Source: Octopus bimaculoides
Taxonomy: Eukaryota
Direction: 5' to 3'
Assembly (NCBI RefSeq): GCF_001194135.2
Contig: NC_068988.1
Coordinates: forward strand, 95,973,740 to 96,037,739
DNA: 64,000 nt
Program-made: the position numbers and the translations under genes
In this document: positions 13,114 through 25,466 of the stretch, in pieces
Numbering within the stretch: the stretch's first letter is position 1
Layout of the letters: each line of letters opens with the position of its first letter
Notes under the pieces: model-generated
Database searches by the model: none
What the model was told of the DNA's origin: nothing
What the model saw: only the letters and a program-made list of their open reading frames with translations

Positions 13114-13743
13114 CAAATAAGTAACAAGGATGTCCAGGTATCGGTGCATTACGGCCGTTTCAAGCGGCTCCATTTAATCGATCAATGAAAACATTACATC
13201 AATTTGAAAAAGAAACCGTACTCCTCAGAAGCAGATGGCTTTATAAATTTCCAACTTAAAGAGTAAACCATTTTTAGCAAAATTTATATCAATACTAGAA
13301 ACCAAAATTGTTTCCATTGTTTACACTGATACCTAGACATCTTTGTAACTTATTTGCCTTTTGTTCAACTAACTTGGAGCTGCGTGGATTATACCGATCA
13401 GGCTTTGTGTCTTAATTTAAGTATCTAATTCAACTGAATCTTCATTCTATGTATGTATGTAGTTTAAACATGCAATTTGTAGCTTGTATTTGTTCATTTC
13501 AATATTTTGAAAATTTCATTTCAGTTGTTTTTCTTTTTATATTTACGCTTTTAAGCATTTGAATTCAGTTTCCTTACAAGGAGCCCAGAGATTTTATCAG
13601 ACTCTCAAAGTTGCTCTGTAATTTTAACAGATGTTCAGAACACCTCATTTCCTGTATTGGTTTCACGGACGCATCTTTCAATTCTGTGGGGAAATGTTGC
13701 TTGTGATATAGACTTGAAAACGATCGACGAAATCTATATTCCC

Positions 13744-13820
13744 CACCTGGTCGGGACGCCAGTCCATTGCCGGATTACTCCTTTTTTCCAGCTGAGTGCA
13801 CTGGAGCAACGTGGAATAGT
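13744..13820 (-). mobile_element. Fragment of another SINE-like repeat
   Basis: Minus CACGTTGCTCCAGTGCACTCAGCTGG...GTAATCCGGCAATGGACTGGCGTCCCGACCAGG resembles aquatic-animal tRNA-SINE bodies (recalled, unverified). Confidence 0.45.
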
Positions 13821-15929
13821 CCTCGATATGTCATGTGTGAATTCAAGATTCGATGGTCAAATCCCCTCAGTGACTAATATACAAAAGTGTTCAACTTATA
13901 TGAAAACAAAATAAAATAGAGGGTAGCTGCTTTTCCACTGGGACACGAGTGTGAGAAAACAGTATTCTCCAAATATCAAACAAATGACATCTACAGAAAG
14001 TAATCAATACTACTCCATCTTCCTCTCCTCCAAAATGTCATAATTTTCGAAACACCGGACATCCTGGCAGCAATATATAGAATTACACACAATTCAGAAG
14101 CAGGCTTCGAGAAATCTCTTCGTCAATGCCCCGAAGGAGTGTCAACTAGAAAGAAAAAAAAAGAAAAAGAAATAGGTAAAAAAATATCCCTAAAAGTGTA
14201 TTATATACCAGAACATTTTCTGTTCCACTCTACCGTACCAGTTTTTAAAAAAATGTAGCTGGTGGTAAATTGCTCTATTCATTTACCTGTTCCATCACAG
14301 CTTCTACATCACTCCGGTGTTTGGGAAGAGAGTTCAAACAAATGCCATACATTTGTCTGTCTTTAAGAAACAAAATATAAGAATTGAGGCATCTAATTTA
14401 TTGAGGCCAATAAATAAATTATATGACAAGCTTTGGTTGGTGGGATTGCCTCAAGAGCAACCCTTTTCTTAAACCTCAACTGGCCCTGTTCTATTCAACA
14501 AGATATCAAAACAAATCAACAATAAATAAGATCCCATAACCATCAAACGAGGCATGCAAGTGTTTCGGTCAACCAACTCCTTATTCCTTACTCTAAAATA
14601 TGACTTAGATGAGGTCACCAAGTGGCAGTGTTTCTGACGACCTGCGCCAAAGATGACCGATAACTTTACACATAATTACAAGTCATTTACATATGTGCGC
14701 ATACAATTCCACCGTCACACACATACACACACACACACACGTCATTTGCATGAAATAACTGAAAGTTGTTTCCCTTCTGTAGACATTTTGCCGACTTTTA
14801 AAAAGTGACACGGTAGCTGCTGATTTGAAAATAGTTGGCTGAGAGCCGAGTGGAGTAGGGCTCGGAGTGGAGTGTGTAGCGATAGACGATGGAAGGTAGA
14901 GGAGACAAGATAGGTAATAAGTCAGTCGTTATGTTGGCTATATTAGAAATATAGTGAAACAGAACAGAAACGTTGACGATAGATAGTTATTTAATAAATT
15001 ATAAATTGAGAAAGATAAGATATTAATTCGTGAAGTTAGGTAGAGAGAGAGAGAGAGAGAAAGAAAGTGTTTGGTAGTTTGGAGATAGAGTGAGAGGAGC
15101 GTTGAAAAGAAAGTGAGAGAGAGAGACAGTGTTTAGTACAGAAGTGGGCTAAAAAATATTGTGAAGAGAGTGAAATAAACTACTTAGTAATTAGAGTTTG
15201 AGTAAGAGGGGTGTTAATGAGAGAGAGAGAGAAAATTACTTTGTAATTAAGAGTTGTGTAAAAAAGAGAGTTGTAAGGAGAAAGAGAGAGGGGGAAGAAA
15301 TACACACAGATAGTGTGAGAGAAAAAAGTGGTGTGAAAAAGGAATAGCGAAGGTAGTGGTATTTAAAGGAAGACAGAAAGAAACAAGTAAGAGGGGAAGT
15401 TAACGAATAACAAGCAGCAGCAGCAATAATAATAAGGCATGTGAAATGATAGAGGAGAGAGAGAAAGAGAGAGAGAGGGTTATAGAAGAAGAAGAAGAAG
15501 TAAAGAAGAGACGACCGCGAAGGAGTGATGCTGCCAGATGAACTGTTTTGGCTTTCGAGACAAACGAGAACAAGTTAAACAAACTCTTGAGTTAATTTAA
15601 TGTTGTTCTTTCCCATCTGGTTGACATTACAGTTCAACTTTACTCACATCTGATGATAATGATTTTAATTAATTCATCAGAAGAATTATTTACTTCTGAA
15701 ACTTAATATTTAATTAACTTCATATTAGTTATAATAACTGTAATTAACATTTTTATTATTCTCTGAGTAATTTTTTTTTTTAGAAATCTAACCTTTATTG
15801 CAAACTGTCTGTTTTCTTTGTATCTTTCCTCCCGTTTTGTGTTGTTATTAATTTAACACGATTCTGGTGTGACTTCGGGAGATTTATTAAAAAAGATAAG
15901 AAAAACTGGACACTCTTTAAATTATTACC

Positions 15930-15954
15930 ATGTCGCCCGACAACAGTATACAAG
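15930..15954 (+). CDS. Candidate first coding micro-exon (MSPDNSIQ + phase 1), product unknown
   Basis: accATG start and near-consensus donor AAG|GTAAGA, downstream of a long GA-rich tract. No downstream exon could be linked. Confidence 0.2.
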
Positions 15955-17224
15955 GTAAGAATTTATTGATATTTTCTCCATTACTGTTTATATTGCACGT
16001 AAAGACGATAATAATAACAAGAATGTTAAGAGTTGTTAAAATGAATGATAACAATATTGGTGGTGGTTGCCGTTTTAGAAATAATGGTGACGAACATCAC
16101 AGACAATATAAGGTAAACTACAATTCAGTTTCGAATCCCCGCTGTAACCAACCATTATTGTTGTTATTAATCACAGTGGAAAAGACATGCACATCACATC
16201 TTTTCATTTATATTTGAGAGCCTTGTGCCAATGTAAGAAACCAGTAATAATGGTAGTTTCATAACAACCAAACTTGAATTTCTGCCTGCATCTTTCTCAT
16301 TATATATGTTTATATATAGAATGCCTGTTTGTGCGTGTATTATATATATATATAAAACATGTTCTATGATGTAAATCCTTACTTGACTCTGTTTTCCACG
16401 TTTTCTCTCATCAATTCTTCTCTCTCATTTAATGTTCTCTGTTCTTTGGTTCTCGAAACGATTTGTTTCCACACGAAAAGTTATATCTTTCTATTGTTGA
16501 TGATACTACTATCACCATTAGACCTATATTTCTTAGTTTATTAAAGTAATTTCAAACTTTTCAACAATCAAAACAATTTCCACTGCAAGGAAGTAAAAAA
16601 GAAAAACAGCTCAAAAGTTCTGCTTTTATTCCTTTCATGTTAGAAGCAACCTTACTTATTAGTTACTGTTTTGTTTTTCTACAAATTTCCCTAAGTTGCA
16701 ACTAGCATTAATAAAAAAAAAACTGTTGTATCTATTATGCTTTTGTTATATATAATGTATTTAATAATTACATTGACTTATTCTCGATTCGGCAGTTAAA
16801 TAGGTGGTTGTAAGCCGAGTTCTAATATCGTTTCGATTTCTTGTTCCAACTTCGTTGGTGTTACTTAATAATGTCCCTGAAATAAAAGACATAATCGTCG
16901 TTTATTCTCATTTTATTATAAAACACGACTTTCAGTCTATGTAAACAATTAATATCTTGTTTCTACCTTAGTAGCAATAAGAAAGTGTATTTCTATAGAC
17001 TGACATGTCACGAATAGTTGTCACATTTTTTTCCTTAAGTCCAAGTGGTTCTTTTATGTAGCATGAATGTCACATCTCATTTTTGCTCATAACTTCGAAA
17101 TTGATTTAACAACTGGATATTATATATTTTATAATTACCAACGGCATTCCTTTGTCGAAGGAATGCTTTATCAACTGCACATTAATTATAGTTAATTAAT
17201 TGTTAAATACTTTACGCGTAGTGG

Positions 17225-17330
17225 AGTGAGAAAGAGAGAGAGAGCTGGTTTAGATGATTTACTGCAATTTAGGATCAAATCCCATAGGAGTCACTGTTGC
17301 CTTTCAGTCTTCCTGGGTCGATTAAAGAAG
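17225..17330 (+). mobile_element. SINE family A, highly degenerate
   Basis: GATCAAATCCC...GTTGCCTTTCAGTCTTCCTGGGTCGATTAAA resembles the family-A centre. Confidence 0.45.
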
Positions 17331-17554
17331 AATTAGACATGTTATACTGGAGGTCACTTCGGCGAGTTTTTCTCTACATTTTGACCCTAAATACACAAGA
17401 CAAAAAATATCGTCATTAATGTTTTGAAACAATTATTTATTGTTTTTGAAATTTCGGTTTGTGTAATGTGTTCTTACGACTGTAAAGGTAAAGAATCACT
17501 GGTTAATTCTATCGACTTGTGTCAGTCTAAGAAATTTTCACCATCACCAAAAGG

Positions 17555-17940
17555 AGCCTCTACGTGGTAGCTCGACCTGCTAAAAATTGCAACTAGTTCT
17601 TCCTCGAATCATACCCTGTTGTCTTAAATAAAGGCGACAGTCGACAATATGAAACCTGCTATATAAAAAAGACGAGACTGTCATAACTGGAACACCTTTG
17701 CTTAGTCTGTTCACTCTGGGTTGACCTTTGTTAAAAAGAACAACCTGTCTATGCAAGTTGCTTAATCTGCTAGAAATAGCAGCCAAAACTTTTTCGACCC
17801 ACAGCCTACAGTATTTTAAGACATATTGGATAAGATAGACCTAGATCCACTGAATAAAAGACATGAGGGCATGGCTAGAATGTCTTTGATCAGAGTTGAC
17901 CTGTGGCTAAACAATCACCACCACAACTTAAATAATAACA
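17555..17940 (+). mobile_element. Repeat family D, two tandem copies
   Basis: CTGCTA(A/G)AAAT(T/A)GCA at about 17578 and 17768. Each unit ends in GGGTTGACC..TG..TAAA, and the second has an AAC/AAT tail. Confidence 0.7.
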
Positions 17941-18875
17941 GAGAACAAAGTGTGTCCCAAAGTAAACAAATGACAGTTTTAAATGTGATAATATCTCGAG
18001 ATATTCCATTTTGGAGTATTTATCTTGATTGAGATTACATTGAATGAAAGTTTTTATCTAGACTTTATCAAAGTTTGTAACACGTTTTTGCTTTTCTGTT
18101 AGCATCAGCAGCATCACTGTTATCGTCGATCGAATTATTGATTAAAGTTTGAAATTTTACTTTATAATGTCGGAAATCTTTGCTTTACTTTTTCACCACA
18201 ACATAAACATGTATTTTTGCTGCACCCCACGGATTTCTTATTTCTCATCTTTTTCATATTGATTTAAATCACAGTTTGAGTTCATCTTGGTCAAAATGTG
18301 ATATTTTCACGTTTTTGTTGTTATTTCTATAAATTTGTAATAACATTTGGCACACAAATAAATGTAAAAGACAAAATATTACTTCCACTGTTCTTTAATA
18401 TGAACACATGTGCTTGATAGCATTTAGATGCACAAACAGCAGCTTATTGCATCACTGCATGTGCAGAAGCTACACATGACGAAAGCTACACATCTTTTCT
18501 TTATAGAATTCTCTTTTATCAACAAAGTTGTTCTTTTTTTTTAAATATATATTAACTTTCCGCTTTTTTAATGATAATTATTGCCATCGAAATAGATATA
18601 AAGGAAATATAAGATATTTAAATCTTGCTAAATCTTGCTGTCTTTGTTCATGTTTTCGCTTCTTCCTCTTCCATCCCATCTGTCCCATCCCAACCACTCC
18701 TGCAAGACCTGCATCTCACTCCCAGGCAGCAGCAAACATGCTGCTAGGTTGCATATACATTGCCCTTTGTTAAAACTGTTTCGACGTCGGGGCCCTATTT
18801 AAATAACCACATCACATGCAAGATATTGTCGTCAACTGAATCACATTTCGTCCTTCACTCAGTGAGTATTTCATT

Positions 18876-19096
18876 TACGAGGCAATGCTGAAAAGTTTCT
18901 GGCTTTGGGTTAAAGAAAATACAGGAGGATCAGTTAATTATGATTTTATTTGACATATTCCCCATTTGAGATTCACACACTTATTGAAGTGGTCTCTTAG
19001 TTTTTCTAAGTCATGTAAAAGAACTGGCAAGATGGGAATTCAGCCAGGCCTTTCGCGATACCCTTAAAGCCAGGAACTTTACAGTACCCCCTCGTA
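18876..19096 (-). mobile_element. Mariner-derived MITE
   Basis: TA-flanked imperfect TIRs TACGAGGCAATGCTGAAAAGTTTCTGGCTTT / AAAGCCAGGAACTTTACAGTACCCCCTCGTA. Interior is the reverse complement of the copy at 50328. Confidence 0.85.
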
Positions 19097-20249
19097 GGTT
19101 TGGAAGGACGAAAGTTGGAGTGGTGACCCCAGTAGAATAATAAAAGCAAAAAGTTTACCTCAGATTTAAACACAAAGCATAAATGAACATCTAAATATCT
19201 CGAAACCTTCAATCCATTGTTTTCTTGCTTTCCACTATTCACTGGCCTCATCTTCTGTCTCCAGCCCTCTATAATAACAAGTAGATTTAATGTTCTAAAT
19301 ATAATCCAATAAGTTAATCCTTTCACGATGTATAGAGTTTTATTAGACTGGATGTTGCCCCCTGTTTCTGAAGGGCTAAGTGGTTGCAGGATAATCCACT
19401 TATCACTCGAGATTAAGATGCTTGTCTTTCGCGAGTACCTTTCGAAAACAATTTACTTTGTTCTCAGACATCGTCATCTCGGGGCTCAAACGAGTCGGCT
19501 TGGAATTAAAATATCAAGCTTTTTATATAGAACGAACCCCTATATACATGATGGACATATTAGGTCCTTCAGATATGCGGTTGGATGCATAAAATACATA
19601 GTTTTAAATAGCTAAGTTTTCTTTCCAGTTATACAACAGGTCCGATGTGCTTAATGTTGCTGACATTTATTCTCTTTATTCACGCGTCCAAATACTGGTC
19701 TCTGGTTCTTCCACAGATATCGATTTGATAGTTTCTCTTCTTGCATTTCTTTAGCTTCAGTTAGATACGGCTCCTGCAAAATACATATATTCGTTATGTG
19801 CGACAGAGGCAGTATTTGTTTAAAATAGCAATCTGGATATCATTCTTAAAACATATACATAATAGAAAACCGAATTAATAGCAGTATTCGTTCTGTGATT
19901 GTATTTCTTATGGATGTATAGTGTTAAATAACACAAAAATATATCAGAATATGAAAGCGAGGTGTACCCGACCATTTCCAAATAATGTATTCAGGATAAT
20001 GTAGTTCTGGGGACACACACACCCTAAATTCCTGGAATCACACAAACTAACAAGGTACCCTCTTTGGGATTTCTCGACCTGCTTCAAAATCACATTAGTT
20101 TTGAACATGTCTGTTCAGTGAGACAGAGCTAACGAGCAGTAACGGTTCAGATAATTTATATAAAATATCTAAAAGAGCTTTTAACTTACGTGCGTAATTG
20201 TAAATGTCAAAAGTCGAAGTACAAGAGATTATCTAAATCATTGAATCGT

Positions 20250-20575
20250 TTATTAACGTTGACAGTAATGGTCGGGATTATAGCATAGTGTTCGAATTTT
20301 TCTGAAAAATACCAATTATTTTGAGAATATTGGGTTACTTCGCCGAATAACTTAAATAAGAATTTTTATTGTAAAGTTTGAGAATTTCTTATCAACATCT
20401 TCCACGCTGCAATTATTTTTGTTTCAGCACACGATCTCAGATCAAGTCACTTGCTGTGCAAATACATCTCCGTAATACCAAATATATTGATTTATGTGAT
20501 CTAAGTATGACAAATCACAATTTTGTGTTTTGGTTTTAAGCAGATTTTACGTTTTAGGACTAAATGGCTTAATCA
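20250..20575. mobile_element. Possible piggyBac-like MITE remnant
   Basis: Ends GGACTAAATGGCTTAA (TTAA-terminated). No matching left TIR found. Confidence 0.25.
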
Positions 20576-20609
20576 GTGAGCTCTTCGTTTGCTAGCTTTT
20601 TTTAAATAG

Positions 20610-20670
20610 GTGGATGAGTCGAGGGAGATTTGACTGCTCTTTCTAGTATGTCGAGCGACCACCAGATGCT
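20610..20670 (-). mobile_element. Repeat family D fragment
   Basis: GAGGGAGATTTGACTGCTCTTTCTAGTATGTCGAGCGACC. Confidence 0.55.
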
Positions 20671-21317
20671 CCATGTATAAAAGATGGAATTTCAAAATTT
20701 GCACGCCATTCCCCAGTCATGTTTTTCACCTAACCACTAATTTTAAATGAAGTCTGCTAATGTATGAAGTTATTACATGATAGAATCTGGCAGAACTGAT
20801 GAAACATTGACCAGAATGTTTTGCATCGATGTTCTGGATTTCAATGAATTTGCACAAGTCTCTGATATCCAAGTGTCAGCAGAAGTGCACCCATGACCCA
20901 GATGCAGCCTGACCCCTCTTAGAATGTAAGAAGGGCCAAAACCAACTAACTTGATTCCAATTCCTCTAAAAAAAACAAAAAAAATTATCAACTTTGACCA
21001 TCATGAGCAGATGTTTTGCATAAAAAATGAAAAGCACAGTACTTAAAACTGCCAAATTTATTCTAAATAATAAGAATGACTAATTATCTTTTTCAAACAC
21101 AAGAAAAAAGAAAGAAAATACTCTCTTGGCACGTAAATCATTTTGAACTAAAGAGAACTCTGTGGGATATATAACCTCTGCCAAATGCAACACAACTTTT
21201 TATTTGACACCTTTTTATGCCTAAGGTTACTTCAGTTAATCAACCTGTTATGACACTATATTGTTTCCAGACAGGAAAAAAAATCCTGTTAAAAATGTAA
21301 CCTCTTTGTCAAAGGTA

Positions 21318-21355
<38 letters not shown>

Positions 21356-21357
21356 TG

Positions 21358-21479
21358 AGTGGTTCCAAGCAGTGCTGTTTTCTACAAGTGCTCCACCCTT
21401 ATTGCAGCCCCTATTTGTTCCATGTATTTCTCAAGATTTTTACTCACTGTTCCCAGGATTCCGACAATTATTGGTACTA
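21358..21479 (-). repeat. Inverted duplicate (left arm) of LINE segment 21503-21624
   Basis: 122-bp arm with 13 mismatches to the reverse complement of 21503-21624, counted by hand. Confidence 0.95.
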
Positions 21480-21480
21480 A

Positions 21481-21746
21481 TGGTCAATGAAAAAGGTGGT
21501 GGTAGTACCAATAATTGTCAGAGCCCTGAGATCAGTGAGTAAAAGTCTCGAGAGGTACCTGGAACAAATAGGGGCTGCAATAAGGGTGAAGCACTTGCAG
21601 AAAACAGTACTGCTTGGAACCACTTGAATACTCTGGATGGTGCTCGAAAAACAAGAGGTGTTACCTTAGTTCACTGGTAGTGCACAGCTGACACCGTAGT
21701 ACATCTCCAGCGTTAGAAGCTGTACAAAGGCAATGACACTAATAAT
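21481..21746 (+). mobile_element. 5'-truncated RLE-type non-LTR retrotransposon 3' end (R4/Dong/Rex6-like)
   Basis: Translates WSMKKVVVVPIIVRALRSVSKSLERYLEQIGAAIRVKHLQKTVLLGTT*ILWMVLEK, matching the VPIVIGALG...LQK..LLGTA.ILR C-terminal signature of R4-clade elements (recalled). Ends in TAATAAT and has a (TAA)n/(TTA)n tract upstream. Confidence 0.75.
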
Positions 21747-22199
21747 GTGAATTATGTTAAAATTTCCATTGTATAAAAATTTTGCTTTGTATGTCTTTTC
21801 CAGTTTTGTCACCATAGACTACTAAGTTTAAAGAGAGCGCATTGTACAAAGAGGATGTATTGTTTTATATCCAGGGATCTCTTTGTTACTCCTATTATTA
21901 TAACCTTACCACATTGCTTCTCAATTTCTTATCCAATTTGCTTCTCAAGTTATCCAAGAAGAGCTTTTTAGGTAGCTGTAGTTTCTTTGGAGCAAATCCT
22001 CAACAATGTTCTCTTATAACTTCCAGACTGTTTATTATCTGATGGTTAGGGATAACATCAGCCATCTTTGTGTAGTAATTGCCATTTGTTCAATATAACA
22101 AACATCAGGTGGTGCAGTTCAGAATAATTGAATGTTATTTGGCCAGGTTTTTCCTGGCTTTATAAACCTCTGCTAGAAACTGTATAAGATTATTTTAGA

Positions 22200-22330
22200 A
22201 AGTATTTTAAGTAATGAACCATGATTTCTTGATCACTTTCATTTGTGATGAAATCATAACGGGACAAATATTCAACAAACTGTAAAAATCTTGCATCGCA
22301 AGCCATTTATTATTTGACCCACAATGTGAC
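22200..22330 (-). mobile_element. Possible degenerate hAT transposase fragment
   Basis: Minus frame MACDARFLQFVEYLSRYDFITNESDQEIMVHYLKYFLK* loosely resembles the hAT NFLELLxLLAKYD motif. Weak. Confidence 0.25.
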
Positions 22331-24361
22331 ATTTTCCAGGCTTAGAAAAAGCAGCGATTTCTAATGTTTCTGTAACATTGTCATTGTTAATCTATCTCCC
22401 TTTTATTGACATTTCTGTCACTTGTGTTATTTAAATTTAAAACTTTGCAACAACACCCCTAACACCCGAGGGCATTGTGACACAATTTGTCATCACAATT
22501 GTTCCTTTTTGCCTAATAATATTCTACTCGCTAGTAGTTTCAATTGCTTTAATCAGCCTTGGCTCACACAAAACTGAAATAAAAATATGAAGTTACTATT
22601 ATTGAATTTTAATTAACTTTAATTAGTTGTGATACTGTTATTACTGAAAACATTGAGCGACTACGTTTTCCTTTTACTATAATTTTCTTAAAACAACTTA
22701 ATTTAGTACTTTACCTTTCTGAGCTCTACACCCAAAATGGCTGCCTTGGCCTAACAGTAGCACTCAGCCCTGCTCCTACAAATGTTTAAAATATACGACA
22801 TGCATATTTGTTTAATGCATTTTTTTTTTTTAATTAATGTTTTATAGGAAATAATTGGATATTTAGTTTCAATGTTGTTGATTTTAGAGTTTTTTCTTTT
22901 CTTTTTATTTCTTGACTGTTTTCATTAATGTCGTACAGGAAAATATTGATTCAGAAGACAGATTTGTTATTTATAGACAGAAGCTGTGACAAGTTCCTTA
23001 AAATTCTAAATGTTGCTTTAAAACTGCAGGTTTCTCGGCTTTAGACAAAGTATAGCATTTATAATAGCCTTAACTGTATGCACCGATGCATGTATTTATG
23101 GTGTATATTTTGGATCCAATTCGTTCAGTGCTGTACATTTCCAGTTCATTAACTGAATGAATCTTTAGAATAAAGATCTTTCTTTTCTATTCGTGTGCTT
23201 TTTTCCTTTTTTTTTTCTTTTTCTTTTAAAGAAGTAATTCTGTTCGTAATATTTATGAGCTTCACCAGGCTCTCTGTGTCCATCCCATGTCTTTCTGACA
23301 TTTAGAATTGAGCTGCATATCATTAAGTCCTAATTTGCATGTTGTTTTTCTTTTGTTCCTTATTTCATGTTATTGTGTCACTGTGATCATTCATAAAAAG
23401 GCTTATCTTTATCTATCAAATTATCTTTGTCTAATAATACTGGTAAAGACTTACTGACGAGGTCTAATGAAACCAGAACGTGTGGAATTATCCCTGTACT
23501 GCTATGGTCGAACTCGTAAACCACATTCTGTTTTTAATTAATTAAAAGTTTGTGGTCATCTCCTTTGCCTTTCTTGACTAGAAGTAATCATTAAACTAAT
23601 TAATCGTTACCTTTACCACTAATGTAATTAAAATCAATTAAACTTTCTTGAGTCAATTACATTAAGTATTTAGCACTGACCTCACTACAATGTCAGTTTT
23701 AATGGGTCAATAGTTTTAACTTGTGCATCAGCCTTTGCAGATTATAAAATAAATATATTTTGGGGGACATTATGTCGCCATTTTGGTACCAGTTCAGTTT
23801 ATGAAGATGGTAACAAATAGAAGGTCGTGAAAATTTATAAAGAAAAAGAATGAATTAGTAAATGTTCGTTTTCCCTATTACATTCAATTCATGCTGTTTT
23901 TATCATATTTTGAAATAATTGCTTGAAAATAAATGTTTATCAGATATATTGGTCATGCACGCACACGCGTATGTCCATATATATTCACAAATACAATTTA
24001 CATGTGATTAATGTCGAGTGTTGTTATAGTGTACACTTCTTTTTGTCTGCTGTGAGAACTTTTATCCGATGCACCAAGTCTGACTTCTCGATGTTTTCTG
24101 AAAATATCAGGTCTTTTGTTTGAAAATGTTTACATGTTGCTCTACAAAATTTGTCTTGTTTTGCATGGATCATAATAAATAAACTGCAATTAGAGACTCT
24201 AGATGGTGTTTGACTAGCGACTTGTAAAGTGATTTTAGTTTTCATTTATGGAGAAAAGTACGTTTAGGGTTGCATCTTTGCAAGTCGGAGCAACTAACTG
24301 TTCATGGCCACCTACGATTCAATGCGTCTGTAACACACGTTTGTTAATATAGAGACATTAA

Positions 24362-24516
24362 AGCGGCGAGCTAACAGAATCTTTAGCGCGGCATTTTGTG
24401 TCTTTACGTTCTTAGTTCAAATTCCGCTGAGGTCGATTTTGCCTTCCATCCTTTAGAAGTCAGTGTTATCGACTTAGCCTCTCCTCTGAACTTGCTGGCC
24501 TTGTGCCAGTATTGAG
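24362..24516 (+). mobile_element. SINE family A (internally deleted)
   Basis: GCGGCGAGCTAACAGAATC...GTTCAAATTCCGCTGAGGTCGATTTTGCCTTCCATCC. Confidence 0.8.
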
Positions 24517-25466
24517 AGACATTTTAGATTGGATGGGTCTATGTGTTAGACACAAAAGAACAATTTCTGAAAAATGAACTGAAGCGTAATCTTTGCCGAC
24601 TTTTTTTTTTTCTTCTCCATACTGGTGAGGTTTCCTTAAACCAATACCATTTAGTATTGTTTTCACCCCGATGACTGCAAAGTTAAATTTGAGTCATACG
24701 ATTTATCATCTTTTGTTTCCAAATTGTCAAGTCAAACATTCGGCCATATGTGTGTCTGTCTGATTCAATGACTTATCCGTCTCTCTCATTACGTTCGAAT
24801 ATCAATCACTCGCGCAACATTGGTCTCTTATCCTGACAGTCTTTGTCTCTAAATTTTCTAGTATGTATAATGGTTTCAAATTGTGAGCTGGTGCATGTGC
24901 TTTGGGGGACCCCCCCGCGCCACTACTAATACACAAACGCACAATTTCTAAATGGCAATCTATTTAATTATTTGCTTTATACACACTCACATCCAGCCAG
25001 CTATCCATACATACAAACAATGTCATTTTTCACGATCTGTAACTTCCCAATGAATAATGTGCCACTTTATATACGTTCCTATTTCAACCGTCTTCTTGCG
25101 CTTCCAACAAGGATATGTCTAATATTCTATTCCCGTTCAACAGCCATTTTAAGTTTCAATGGTTATATTTAAAAAACAAAAAAAAAAAAAGCTGTTTACT
25201 TGTTTTTTTTAATTAGGCAATTCGGGTCAAGTCTTACGTGACTTGGTTTCAACTTTTGGTTAAACCCACTGCATCACGAGGAAAGAAAACGGCACGGAAT
25301 TGGGATATGAGGGAAAATGTAAAAAAACGAAATTAAAAATAGATATTCTTTCATGAATCTTTATTCCTGTTATATGTAACTAAAACAAATTACCGAAATA
25401 AAACGAAAAACAGGCCGTTGTCTTGCCTTTTCTATCATTATATATATATATATATATATATATATG

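Noticed and set aside
13130-13190. Hammerhead in a TA-flanked repeat (minus GAAACGGCCGUA)
   Set aside because: No CUGANGA core and no viable stem II.
17145-17167. 9-bp hairpin GCATTCCTT-TGTCG-AAGGAATGC (also a 7-bp hairpin near 9835)
   Set aside because: Short hairpins of this size are expected by chance, and intrinsic terminators are not relevant in this eukaryotic context.
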